A DNA stretch of 64,000 nt from a bacterium (GTDB lineage: Bacteria; Patescibacteriota; Doudnabacteria; UBA920), in the NCBI GenBank assembly GCA_016699995.1, contig CP064996.1:626963-690962 (forward strand), written 5' to 3'. Both the position numbers and the translations under genes were made by a program. This document shows, in pieces, positions 54,505 through 62,467 of this stretch; position 1 is the first letter of the stretch; each line of letters opens with the position of its first letter. The notes beneath the pieces were generated by a model. That model was not told the origin of the DNA, did no database searches, and worked only from the letters and a program-made list of their open reading frames with translations.

Positions 54505-55860
54505 TTACATTTGTTCCGGCGCCTGAATACCAAGCAAGCCTAGTCCGTTTTTTAATACTTGAGCGGTTGCCATTATTAAGTGCAGTCTGAAGCTCTGAAT
54601 ATTCTTATCTTCTTCCTTCAAGATTGGAGAAGCTTCATAAAAGGTATTGAAGTCTTGAGAGAGCTCGAAGAGATAGTTGCACAATAAGTTAGGAGTATAA
54701 TTTTGCGCTGTCATTTCGACTACTTCTGGGAACTGATTAAGTTTGCGCAAAACCGCAGAATCTTCTACAGATATATTTTTAATTTCAAACTCCTGGGAAT
54801 CTCTAATGCCTGCTTTGCGCAAAATCCCATTAATGCGCGCATGGGTGTATTGCAAATAAGGTCCAGTATTGCCTTCAAAACTGAGGGCTTTATCCCAAGT
54901 GAATACGATATCGCTCTTATAATTATGGGAAAGATCAAAATACTTTATTGCCCCTTGCATAACTACCTTGGCTGCAGATGCCTTATCTTCCAGTCCTGGA
55001 TTCTTCTCTTCGATAATTGCCAAGGCTTGCTCCTGAGCTTTTTGAATAAGTTCGTTAGCGCCGATGATGGTTCCCTTGCGGGTACTCATCGCGCCTTCCG
55101 GCAAGCTGAGGAAACCGTAGGCAATATGAATAGCTTCGCTCGGGCTTTCTATAACCCCCAATAGTTCGAGGATTTTAAAAGTCTGGTTGAGCGTATGGCT
55201 CTGGCGGTTATCAACTACGTAAATTTGCTTCTCAAAGCCTTGCTGCTTTCTATATATATAAGTAGCCAAATCGCGCAGCAAATAAGTAGTGCCGCTGTCC
55301 GATTTTACGAGCACAGCCACACCCAATTTATGATCCTCTAAATCGACAATCTGAGCGCCTTGGGATTCTTGCAATAACCCTGCGGTCTTTAAGCGGTCTA
55401 AGACATCCTGCATTTTGTCGGCAAAAAAGCTCTCCGGCCAGTCATTGTCGCTTTTACGCACGCCCAGGTCATCATAAATAATGCTGTATTCTTGCCAACT
55501 CCAGTCGCGGAATTGCTGCCAGATCTTTTTAACCTCTTCATCACCCTGCTCTAACTTTACAAACTCCTGCTTGCCTTCTTCGCGCAATTCCGGATTAGCT
55601 TCAATTTCGGAATTAATTTTTACGTATAGTTTATTAAGTTCGGTAATCGGGTCTTTTTCAATTACAGACAGGTCTCCCCACTTCTTGTAAGCTAGAAGCA
55701 ACAAACCGAATTGAGTCCCCCAATCACCTAAGTGCGTATCGGATTCCACGTTAAAGCCGGTAAACTTTAGAAGCTTAAACAGCGAGTCGCCGATAATCGC
55801 CGTTCGCAAATGTCCTAAGTGAAGAGGCTTAGCCATATTCGGCTGAAAATATTCCACCAA
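54505..55860 (-). CDS. argS: arginyl-tRNA synthetase, catalytic + anticodon-binding portion (frame continues upstream to ~56016 without ATG)
   Basis: PNMAKPLHLGHLRTAIIGDSL (HIGH) and GDWGTQFG. The ORF-track start is a TTG. The same frame upstream encodes FSKIENAGGFINFTLSEEYL, which is the ArgRS N-domain/catalytic junction. Confidence 0.75.
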   Translation of the reverse strand: MVEYFQPNMAKPLHLGHLRTAIIGDSLFKLLKFTGFNVESDTHLGDWGTQFGLLLLAYKKWGDLSVIEKDPITELNKLYVKINSEIEANPELREEGKQEFVKLEQGDEEVKKIWQQFRDWSWQEYSIIYDDLGVRKSDNDWPESFFADKMQDVLDRLKTAGLLQESQGAQIVDLEDHKLGVAVLVKSDSGTTYLLRDLATYIYRKQQGFEKQIYVVDNRQSHTLNQTFKILELLGVIESPSEAIHIAYGFLSLPEGAMSTRKGTIIGANELIQKAQEQALAIIEEKNPGLEDKASAAKVVMQGAIKYFDLSHNYKSDIVFTWDKALSFEGNTGPYLQYTHARINGILRKAGIRDSQEFEIKNISVEDSAVLRKLNQFPEVVEMTAQNYTPNLLCNYLFELSQDFNTFYEASPILKEEDKNIQSFRLHLIMATAQVLKNGLGLLGIQAPEQM

Positions 55861-55982
55861 AACCTTTTGGTTGGCGCCAATTTCCGATTTTCCAAAATCA
55901 TCTTTGGTTTGCAGAATGGTTTTTAAGTTTGCAGTTAAGTATTCTTCGCTGAGAGTGAAGTTTATAAATCCCCCAGCATTCT

Positions 55983-56240
55983 CTATCTTAGAAAAGTCTG
56001 TGCGCGGTCCAGGTCTTTAGCCTTGGCTGCGATCGCGGCTGCAAATTCAGCCGGGTTCGACGCAGGGGCGACATTAAATTTCTTATACAGCACCATAGCC
56101 GCGTTGGTAGCGTAGTCTCCAAAGCCGGCTTTTGGAGTAGAGACATCAAATAATGTAGAGGAACCCAAAACCTCCCCAGATTCCTGAGGGCTAATTTGCT
56201 GAATTGCTTCGGAAATCAATTGGGAAATATACGCTTTCAT
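55983..56240 (-). CDS. argS: arginyl-tRNA synthetase N-terminal (Arg_tRNA_synt_N) domain fragment, separated from body by a frameshift
   Basis: KAGFGDYATNAAMVLYKKFNVAPASNPAEFAAAIAAKAK matches the ArgRS N-terminal additional domain. Terminates ...DRAQTFLR* where the +1 frame continues into the catalytic ORF. Confidence 0.7.
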   Translation of the reverse strand: MKAYISQLISEAIQQISPQESGEVLGSSTLFDVSTPKAGFGDYATNAAMVLYKKFNVAPASNPAEFAAAIAAKAKDLDRAQTFLR

Positions 56241-56331
56241 AGGGTTTATTATACTGGATATAGCCGCTTTTTTAAAGCGAAATTTTAACTGATTCCTCTG
56301 TATTTTTCGGTTTTCTTGCTAAAATTAAGCT

Positions 56332-56769
56332 ATGAAATCCTTAGCAGTCAACAAACGGGCTCGTTTCGACTACGACATCAAAGACACCTTTGATGCCGGT
56401 TTAGTATTGGAAGGACGAGAAGTTAAGTCTGCTAAAACAGGCAATGTTTCTCTTACGGGCAGCTATTTAAAAGTTAATGCCAAAGGAGCTACTTTAGTCG
56501 GCGCTCATATCGGTGCTTATAAATACGCACCTGTAGAAGACTATGACCCCACGCAAGAGCGCCAAGTATTACTGAACAAAAAAGAACTCAACCAGTTACT
56601 TGGAAAAGATAAAGGCAGTATTATTGTTCCTTTAGAAATTTATATCGGACCACGCAATTTAATTAAACTCAAAATCGGCGTTGGGTTTGGACGCAAGAAA
56701 CAAGATAAAAGAGAATATATTAAAACTCGTGATGCTAAGCGCGAAGCCAACAGCAACACTGATCGTTAG
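56332..56769 (+). CDS. smpB: SsrA-binding protein SmpB
   Basis: NKRARFDYDIKDTFDAGLVLEGREVKS...LLNKKELNQL. 145 aa with a basic C-terminal tail. Confidence 0.9.
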   Translation: MKSLAVNKRARFDYDIKDTFDAGLVLEGREVKSAKTGNVSLTGSYLKVNAKGATLVGAHIGAYKYAPVEDYDPTQERQVLLNKKELNQLLGKDKGSIIVPLEIYIGPRNLIKLKIGVGFGRKKQDKREYIKTRDAKREANSNTDR

Positions 56770-56860
56770 CTTAAAATATTAAAAACAGCTCAGGAAACTC
56801 CGCTTTGGTCTTTTAAAAAATTTTAACAGGATTTGAACCATCCTGTTTTATAATGAAAAT

Positions 56861-57430
56861 ATGAAACTCAAGTTCAATCGAGACATTATTTATATAACCA
56901 TTATCGTAGCGTTAGTGGCGGGGCTGGCTCAGCTCTATTTTTCCTTAAACTTCCAGCCGGCGTGGGAAGATCATAGAGCCCGAGAAGTTAAGGTTTACTA
57001 CAGCAAAGAAGTTGCCGCTAATGAACTTCTCATCGACCAAATCCTGAACGCCAAAAAGTACGTACACTTCAGCATCTACACATTTACCATGCCCGACATC
57101 AAAGACGCTCTCATCGCCGCAAAGTACCGGGGCCTGGAAGTGAAAGGAATTATCGACAAGGAACAGACTGATAAAATCGATGCGCAGAAAGCCATCGTCA
57201 AAGAGCTGCGGGCTGCAGGAATTCCTATTGGTTTTCAGGATCACAGCGCAATCATGCACTTGAAAGTTCTAGTAACAGACCAGTCGTATGTTTCTGGTTC
57301 ATATAACTGGACAGCCAGTGCGACGGACAAGAACGACGAAGTTATAGAAGTGAGCCGCGACCCAGAGCTGCGCATCCAATACCAAAAATTGTTAAATAAA
57401 ATGTTTGCGCTTTATCCCCCGCAGCTGTAA
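56861..57430 (+). CDS. membrane-anchored phospholipase D/Nuc-family (HKD) domain protein
   Basis: N-terminal TM. Single HKD motif HLKVLVTDQSYVSGSYNWT (H-x-K-x4-D-x6-GS-x-N), as in Nuc-type endonucleases. Confidence 0.7.
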   Translation: MKLKFNRDIIYITIIVALVAGLAQLYFSLNFQPAWEDHRAREVKVYYSKEVAANELLIDQILNAKKYVHFSIYTFTMPDIKDALIAAKYRGLEVKGIIDKEQTDKIDAQKAIVKELRAAGIPIGFQDHSAIMHLKVLVTDQSYVSGSYNWTASATDKNDEVIEVSRDPELRIQYQKLLNKMFALYPPQL

Positions 57431-57478
57431 CGCTTAGTATACGCAATCCGTTATACTAAATGTGATATAATTTTTTAT

Positions 57479-57748
57479 ATGGAATCTTTAACTCTCACCG
57501 ACTTATTCTTCTGGTTAACGGGCCTGGCAGTAATATTAATTACTGCTTTGTTAACTGTGGCGCTGGTATACTTGATCTCTTTCCTGCGCACTATTAGGCT
57601 AGTTGCCAGACAAGCACAGCGTGCTACTCAGCTTGTCTCCGAGGACTTAGTCGAGCTGAAAAAAAATATCAAAGACCAAGGTTTTAGCATAAAGTCATTA
57701 ATTAAATTTCTGTTTGGTTTAAAGACCAAGCAAAATAAAAGGAAGTAA
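57479..57748 (+). CDS. small membrane protein
   Basis: 89 aa. One TM (FFWLTGLAVILITALLTVALVYLISF) and a charged C-terminus. Confidence 0.45.
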   Translation: MESLTLTDLFFWLTGLAVILITALLTVALVYLISFLRTIRLVARQAQRATQLVSEDLVELKKNIKDQGFSIKSLIKFLFGLKTKQNKRK

Positions 57749-57750
57749 TT

Positions 57751-58188
57751 ATGAAAAAGTCACAAAAGAAGGCAGTCGCTGTCGGGGCAGGTTTAGCCGC
57801 TGTGGCCGCAGCAGCCGCAGGGGTATATTTTTTAACCGGTAAGAATGCTAAGAACCGCAAAAAGCTAGCGAAGTGGGCCGGCGATATGCAAAATGATGTA
57901 GTTCGCGAGCTCAACAAAGCGGGCAAACATACCAAGGCTAGCTACCACAAAGTAGTTGATACGGTTGCTAAGAATTACAAAGGCATCAAAAATGTAAGCA
58001 CTGCCGAACTGGCAGAAGCAGCAGCAGAATTAAAAGGCCATTGGGAATCCATTAGCAAGGAAGTTGGTAATGCGGCTAAAGTAGTAAAAAAAGCCCTCCC
58101 AGCCAAGAAAGCAGTCAAGGCCGTAAAGGCAACAGTCAAAAAAGCAGCCAAAAAGGCTACAAAAAAGACCACTAAAAAAGCCAAATAA
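57751..58188 (+). CDS. Lys/Ala-rich small protein (YtxH-like/histone-H1-like tail)
   Basis: RBS AAAGGAAGTAATTATG. N-terminal hydrophobic segment. C-terminal KKA repeats. Terminator follows. Confidence 0.5.
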   Translation: MKKSQKKAVAVGAGLAAVAAAAAGVYFLTGKNAKNRKKLAKWAGDMQNDVVRELNKAGKHTKASYHKVVDTVAKNYKGIKNVSTAELAEAAAELKGHWESISKEVGNAAKVVKKALPAKKAVKAVKATVKKAAKKATKKTTKKAK

Positions 58189-58216
58189 CAGCTTAAAACC
58201 TCACCAAACCCCGCCT

Positions 58217-58240
58217 AAGCGGGGTTTTTGAATTTCTTGA
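58217..58240 (+). terminator. rho-independent terminator
   Basis: AAACCCCGC-ctaa-GCGGGGTTT plus TTG. Confidence 0.65.
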
Positions 58241-58300
58241 CCATAACTGATATATTTGGTATAGTAATCAGATTCAACACCAAGGAGGACATGCAATGTC

Positions 58301-59563
58301 ATGAAAAAAGAAGTCAATATAATTGACGCTGCCATCATAGATATTGCCTGCAAAAATCCCGACATATCGGAAATCGATGGAGTCAGATTCTGGAATATTC
58401 CTGAACCTGAACAATTGATACTCGAGCAATTGGGAAATAGCAGCGATATCCAGCAAATCCGAGAACGGATAAAGAAGCTTAAGACAGGGAGGTTGATCCT
58501 GACAAAATCAACTGGCAACGGAAAAAAGTATAAGCGGTTAAGCATAAACGAACAGTTCTTTGTTCGTATTAACGGCTATGCTCCGGCAGTCCAGGCGAGC
58601 AAACCTGAAGTAAAGGTGGACTCGCCGTCAGAACTCCCGGCATCGGTTCCAACCGTTCCCGTACAGCCATCGGTCCTTGTTCCCCGTCCTAACATTCGAG
58701 GTAAGAGCAAACTTATCTACGTGGCCGTAGATTTTGAGAATATCCTCTACTCCGAACGTCAGTACGAGACAAGGGTTTCTTTTTACCGCCTTAAAGAATA
58801 CATTCGAACTTTCGGAGCCATTCGGCAAGCGCAGATCTTTTTTCCGCTCCACTATTTGGACCGCAACAAAAGCCGCGAGGTTACATACCTCACAAGCACG
58901 CGCGGCGGCGGTTGGCAAGTAGTTATCTGCGGACAGTCCACTAAAGACAAGGATCAGGTCGATTTCCATATCGCCCAAAGCGTTAGGGATCAATGTTACC
59001 ATGACCCGGATCTGGACATCTGGATAATTTCCCAAGATTCGGACTTCGTGTCTTTGGTGGAACAGTCTAAAGATCGCGGCTTGAATAATATCAAGCTTTT
59101 GGATCCATTCACTATTCCGTTCTTGCTCGGGGGAGAACCGCGGGGCACCTCCCAAAAAATGAGCCGCGCTTTTTCTATGGTCAGCAACGAGATTGACCGT
59201 ATTGGAGAAATCCCCCATGACAACGAAAGTGCCGCAGCAAAACTCATCCGCTACTCGGCAGGGTTCGTACTGCTCAACTCTAACTCCGACAACTATCCTC
59301 ATTTGGATTCTTTGTACAACGACCTTAAATTGTTCTTAGAGAAGAATTGTCCGGGCGAATTCAACTCCGACCCAGGCATCTATAAGACGATAATAAAGGT
59401 GTTTAAGGACAAGGGTATAGTTGCCCGAGTTGGCAAGGCAGATGATGGCAAAATCATTGTTAACCCGAGCCATCCTCAACTTACCAAGCTGGCACCGCCT
59501 CATTTTGTCGGCGCACTGTCAGCGATAAGCGGCAACGGCCACCACGAAGTTGCCGTGGCATAA
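58301..59563 (+). CDS. NYN (PIN-like nuclease) domain protein with N-terminal and C-terminal extensions
   Basis: The central region LIYVAVDFENILYS...WQVVICGQSTKDKDQVDFHIAQSV...DIWIISQDSDFVSLVE matches the NYN/LabA-like acidic-residue pattern (D...N...D...SxDxDF). Confidence 0.55.
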   Translation: MKKEVNIIDAAIIDIACKNPDISEIDGVRFWNIPEPEQLILEQLGNSSDIQQIRERIKKLKTGRLILTKSTGNGKKYKRLSINEQFFVRINGYAPAVQASKPEVKVDSPSELPASVPTVPVQPSVLVPRPNIRGKSKLIYVAVDFENILYSERQYETRVSFYRLKEYIRTFGAIRQAQIFFPLHYLDRNKSREVTYLTSTRGGGWQVVICGQSTKDKDQVDFHIAQSVRDQCYHDPDLDIWIISQDSDFVSLVEQSKDRGLNNIKLLDPFTIPFLLGGEPRGTSQKMSRAFSMVSNEIDRIGEIPHDNESAAAKLIRYSAGFVLLNSNSDNYPHLDSLYNDLKLFLEKNCPGEFNSDPGIYKTIIKVFKDKGIVARVGKADDGKIIVNPSHPQLTKLAPPHFVGALSAISGNGHHEVAVA

Positions 59564-59570
59564 AGATTTA

Positions 59571-59598
59571 AACCTCAGTTTTCACTGAGGTTTTTTTA
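59571..59598. terminator. bidirectional rho-independent terminator
   Basis: AACCTCAGT-tttca-CTGAGGTTT plus TTTTTAA. Confidence 0.65.
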
Positions 59599-60309
59599 AT
59601 CTTCCGGGTACATTATGTCTACGAACTCAGCTGCTTTCGCATGGTAATTATGGTACAACCGCATATTCTCCGAATGCTTTAACCCGTTAAGCATCATGCC
59701 TATTCGTTCGTTTTGCATATACTTATCTTCTGTCGGAAACTCTTTATAAAACTGTTTGATATGTTCGATAGTAATCCGTTCTTTCAGCTGTTGCGGCATT
59801 AGCAATCGGCCAGTGGTCATATACCCAAGGATCTGAAAGAGCATTTCGTCCTGATGAACTGTGTGCCACACCTGCTCGACCGAAGTGCGGTCGGCGTTAT
59901 AATCCGGCAGAATACTTAACTGAGCATCGGGGTTTAAAGATTTAAAAACATTATAAAGCTTGCCGCCAATTTCTATTTGCTTAACTACCTCGGCGTTAAC
60001 GCGCGCATTCATATTGGCTGCGTGGCGAGTTTCATTGTAATCCTTTAAAATGCTTTCTGCTTGGTCCAAAGAATCTGCAAAGTCTAGGCGCTGCAACGTC
60101 CAAGGTAGTAAATCTTTCTCATTCTCCTGCCGCTCCGTTTGCTGTTCGGCCCTAACAGCTCCCTTCTGGGAGTAAGGAATTACAGTTTTACCCTCGCTGC
60201 TTCTAAAGACCGGTTCGGGCATTTGAAAACCGCTATCCTTCTTTAAAAATTCATTTTGATCGGGATGAGATCCGCCTTCGCTTAACATAATTACAATATT
60301 TAATTGCAT
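59596..60309 (-). CDS. hypothetical protein
   Basis: 237 aa. No motif recognised. Confidence 0.5.
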   Translation of the reverse strand: MQLNIVIMLSEGGSHPDQNEFLKKDSGFQMPEPVFRSSEGKTVIPYSQKGAVRAEQQTERQENEKDLLPWTLQRLDFADSLDQAESILKDYNETRHAANMNARVNAEVVKQIEIGGKLYNVFKSLNPDAQLSILPDYNADRTSVEQVWHTVHQDEMLFQILGYMTTGRLLMPQQLKERITIEHIKQFYKEFPTEDKYMQNERIGMMLNGLKHSENMRLYHNYHAKAAEFVDIMYPED

Positions 60310-60360
60310 TTTAAGAATACCATAATTGCTCGGGCAAATAAAAAAGACTCGAGTGAGTCT

Positions 60361-60642
60361 TTAGTTATTTTTGGCGGGAATAAAATCCGCGGAATCAAAG
60401 CGGCCGTTGATAATACGGCCATCTAGAGCTCTCTCGACTACGTATTGGCCATGCGCATCTTTAATAAAGATGCGAGGCGAATGAGGGGTGCACGGATGGG
60501 CCGGCTTGATTTGATCGACAAAGAATTGCTGTTCCTCCATAAAAGGAGGGTATTCCCTGCTGCGAGATTCTCTCGGACGCAAGATTACAGGATCACCAAT
60601 GGAAAGGTGAGATGTCCCAAGTTCAACTTCCAGTTTCTGCAT
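60361..60642 (-). CDS. hypothetical protein
   Basis: 93 aa. No motif recognised. Confidence 0.4.
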   Translation of the reverse strand: MQKLEVELGTSHLSIGDPVILRPRESRSREYPPFMEEQQFFVDQIKPAHPCTPHSPRIFIKDAHGQYVVERALDGRIINGRFDSADFIPAKNN

Positions 60643-60690
60643 GACTAACCTCCTAGGGTGTTTTTCCTATTATATAGCAATGTTTTGATC

Positions 60691-60719
60691 TTGACAAATC
60701 GGCTATTTTACCGTAAAAT
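60691..60719 (+). promoter_or_regulatory. sigma70-like promoter TTGACA-N17-TAAAAT driving tmRNA
   Basis: TTGACA at 60691-60696, a 17 nt spacer, then TAAAAT at 60714-60719, 9 nt upstream of the tmRNA 5' GGGG. Confidence 0.6.
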
Positions 60720-60728
60720 ACTGTGGCT

Positions 60729-61116
60729 GGGGATGCCGGATTTCGACAGGACTTCGACATCGCTCTATATGCAAGACGAGCCAGCTTGCAAGCTCGTAAA
60801 TCTTACAAGCAACCATAAGTGTAAACTCATGGAACAAGGTCGTTACCGCATTTAAAAATGCGCAACTTGCACCTGCGTTCGCTTAACATTTAGGCAAACG
60901 CCTGGTCCTCTGCCCCGCTCTGGGCAGAGATCCGCCAGATTATTTTGAGCTATAGTGTTGTTGTCCGATATATGCAATAACACCGAAATTTTATATATCG
61001 ACCATTAGCTTAGTTGTTCGTTGTAAGGCTAGTGGTAACTTAAACGAACTAATCTTGTGAACAATGGAACGGTGAAAAAGACTTGGACGCGGGTTTAACT
61101 CCCGCCATCTCCACCA
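60729..61116 (+). ncRNA. ssrA: transfer-messenger RNA (tmRNA, ssrA)
   Basis: 5' GGGGATGCCGGATTTCGACAGG (E. coli has GGGGCUGAUUCUGGAUUCGACGGG). 3' GGACGCGGGTTTAACTCCCGCCATCTCCACCA (E. coli has GGACGCGGGUUCAACUCCCGCCAGCUCCACCA). Acceptor stem has the G3:U wobble. smpB lies 4 kb upstream. Candidate tag ORF GCA TTT AAA AAT GCG CAA CTT GCA CCT GCG TTC GCT TAA (AFKNAQLAPAFA*) at 60848-60896. Confidence 0.85.
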
Positions 61117-61240
61117 ACCTAAAAACCCTCTTGTTGATGAGGTGTTTTTTGTTTATATTTGACACGATGTCAATAAACGATATATTATCAGGCATAAGCT
61201 CCGGCTTAGTTTTTAGATACTACAAATCTTAGGAGTGAGT

Positions 61241-61687
61241 ATGAAACAACTTAATTTACAAGGGCCTATCTTTTTAGTTAGGCACGCCGCTTACGCTAAC
61301 GGCCCCAATCCGGGCTTATCGGAGTGTGGCAAAGAACAGTCTTTAAGGCTTGCTAAAAAGATAAAGAGGAGTATTAACGAAGCGGGTTGCGAGATCACGA
61401 TCTGGTCCTCCTCCGCAAACCGCGCAGTAGAAACAGCCCAGATTATCAGGCAGGAAATGCAACTTGCCGAAATGATCGTGGAAGAAAAATTGTGGAGCGA
61501 TAATTCTCACCGTGAGGATTTCGAATGGCTTAAGCAAAAACTTGAAGGCCACAAAGGCGGTGTTTTGATTATCGTGTCCCATTTTGAATACGTCAGGCTA
61601 TTTCCCGCTGAGATCGGCTTCAAATGTAATAGTGCTGGCTATGCCGAGGGAGTTAAAATCGAAAATGGCAATTGCGTTGATTTCTAG
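61241..61687 (+). CDS. histidine phosphatase superfamily (PGAM/SixA-like) protein
   Basis: RHG-type motif IFLVRHAAYA. Downstream catalytic His in IIVSHFEY. RBS AGGAG 5 nt upstream of the ATG at 61241; the ORF track's GTG at 61235 is less likely. Confidence 0.7.
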   Translation: MKQLNLQGPIFLVRHAAYANGPNPGLSECGKEQSLRLAKKIKRSINEAGCEITIWSSSANRAVETAQIIRQEMQLAEMIVEEKLWSDNSHREDFEWLKQKLEGHKGGVLIIVSHFEYVRLFPAEIGFKCNSAGYAEGVKIENGNCVDF

Positions 61688-61711
61688 AATATCAAGTACA
61701 GTATTTAGACA

Positions 61712-61742
61712 ATCCCCAGAGACCACATCAGGGGATTTTTTA
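61712..61742 (+). terminator. rho-independent terminator
   Basis: ATCCCC-agagaccacatca-GGGGAT plus TTTTTTATT. Confidence 0.6.
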
Positions 61743-61849
61743 TTCCCCAAATTTATCATCCCATACATCTACATGATCTCTTCATACGGGTGTTTAAGGT
61801 TTTTTGAGATGGTGTCCGCCAGTAAACTAGCCACCAGCTAAACGCTGGT

Positions 61850-62420
61850 GGCTTTTATCTTTGCCTGCCGTAGCAGGCATCTAACACTTAGAAGAGCTTT
61901 GGCAGTTCTATCTGATGATGTTCTTGGTTCTGAACATAACGCTTAACTATTGCTTCATCAATGCCTACAGTGGATACAAAGTAGCCTCTGGCCCAAAGAG
62001 CTCCTTTAGGAAACCGCTTAGTCTTCTTCTTGAGCCAGGCACTTGATTTAGACTTAAGAACTGCCAAAGCATAGGCAACAGAATACTTGGGTGGTATTCC
62101 AATGTAGAGATGAATATGATCATCGCCAATGTGCCAAGCAGACATTTCCCAGCTTTTCCACTTGCAGATGGCCAGAAATATTCTTTTGAGTTCAGCTTTG
62201 GTATACTTGTCTTGCAATGCCTTGTTTCGATACCTTGGAGTCCAAACCACATGGTAGAAACAACGGTAAGTGCTATGTTCAAGTTGGTACAATCTTCGAC
62301 TTGAAACCATTTTTAAAATCACCTCCTTTCTTGCTTGAGGTGATTTTATTGTAGCGTGCTTTTGCCGAGAGCTACGCTTTCAAACGCACACCCCAGCTAA
62401 AGCTGGGGGTTTAGATGGGT
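61850..62420 (-). mobile_element. IS200/IS605-family insertion sequence (tnpA only), boundaries approximate
   Basis: Y1 HUH transposase ORF flanked by subterminal palindromes: TGCCTGC-cgtag-CAGGCA (61862-61880), AAAATCACCTC...GAGGTGATTTT (62315-62348) and ACCCCAGCT-aa-AGCTGGGGT (62389-62410). Confidence 0.6.
61888..62310 (-). CDS. tnpA: IS200/IS605 family transposase TnpA (HUH Y1)
   Basis: HUH motif DHIHLYIGIPP and catalytic Tyr region LWARGYFVSTVG. N-terminus YRCFYHVVWTPRYR. ATG at 62310 with an AGGAGG upstream is preferred over the GTG at 62322. Confidence 0.85.
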   Translation of the reverse strand: MVSSRRLYQLEHSTYRCFYHVVWTPRYRNKALQDKYTKAELKRIFLAICKWKSWEMSAWHIGDDHIHLYIGIPPKYSVAYALAVLKSKSSAWLKKKTKRFPKGALWARGYFVSTVGIDEAIVKRYVQNQEHHQIELPKLF

Positions 62421-62431
62421 AAAGAAAAACA

Positions 62432-62455
62432 CCCTTGCGGGTGTTTTAATATTGT
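62432..62455 (-). terminator. rho-independent terminator of the 62468 gene
   Basis: Minus-strand ACACCCGCAAGGGTGT plus TTTTC. Confidence 0.55.
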
Positions 62456-62467
62456 ATAAATTAGGGA

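Noticed and set aside
61121-61150. Possible terminator directly after tmRNA (CCTC-ttgttgat-GAGG plus T7).
   Set aside because: The stem is only 4 bp and the flanks mismatch. It is too weak to assert, although a T-run is present.
61584-61841. 85 aa plus-strand ORF spanning the 3' end of the phosphatase gene, its terminator and the IS end.
   Set aside because: It overlaps a well-supported gene and a terminator hairpin. It has no RBS.
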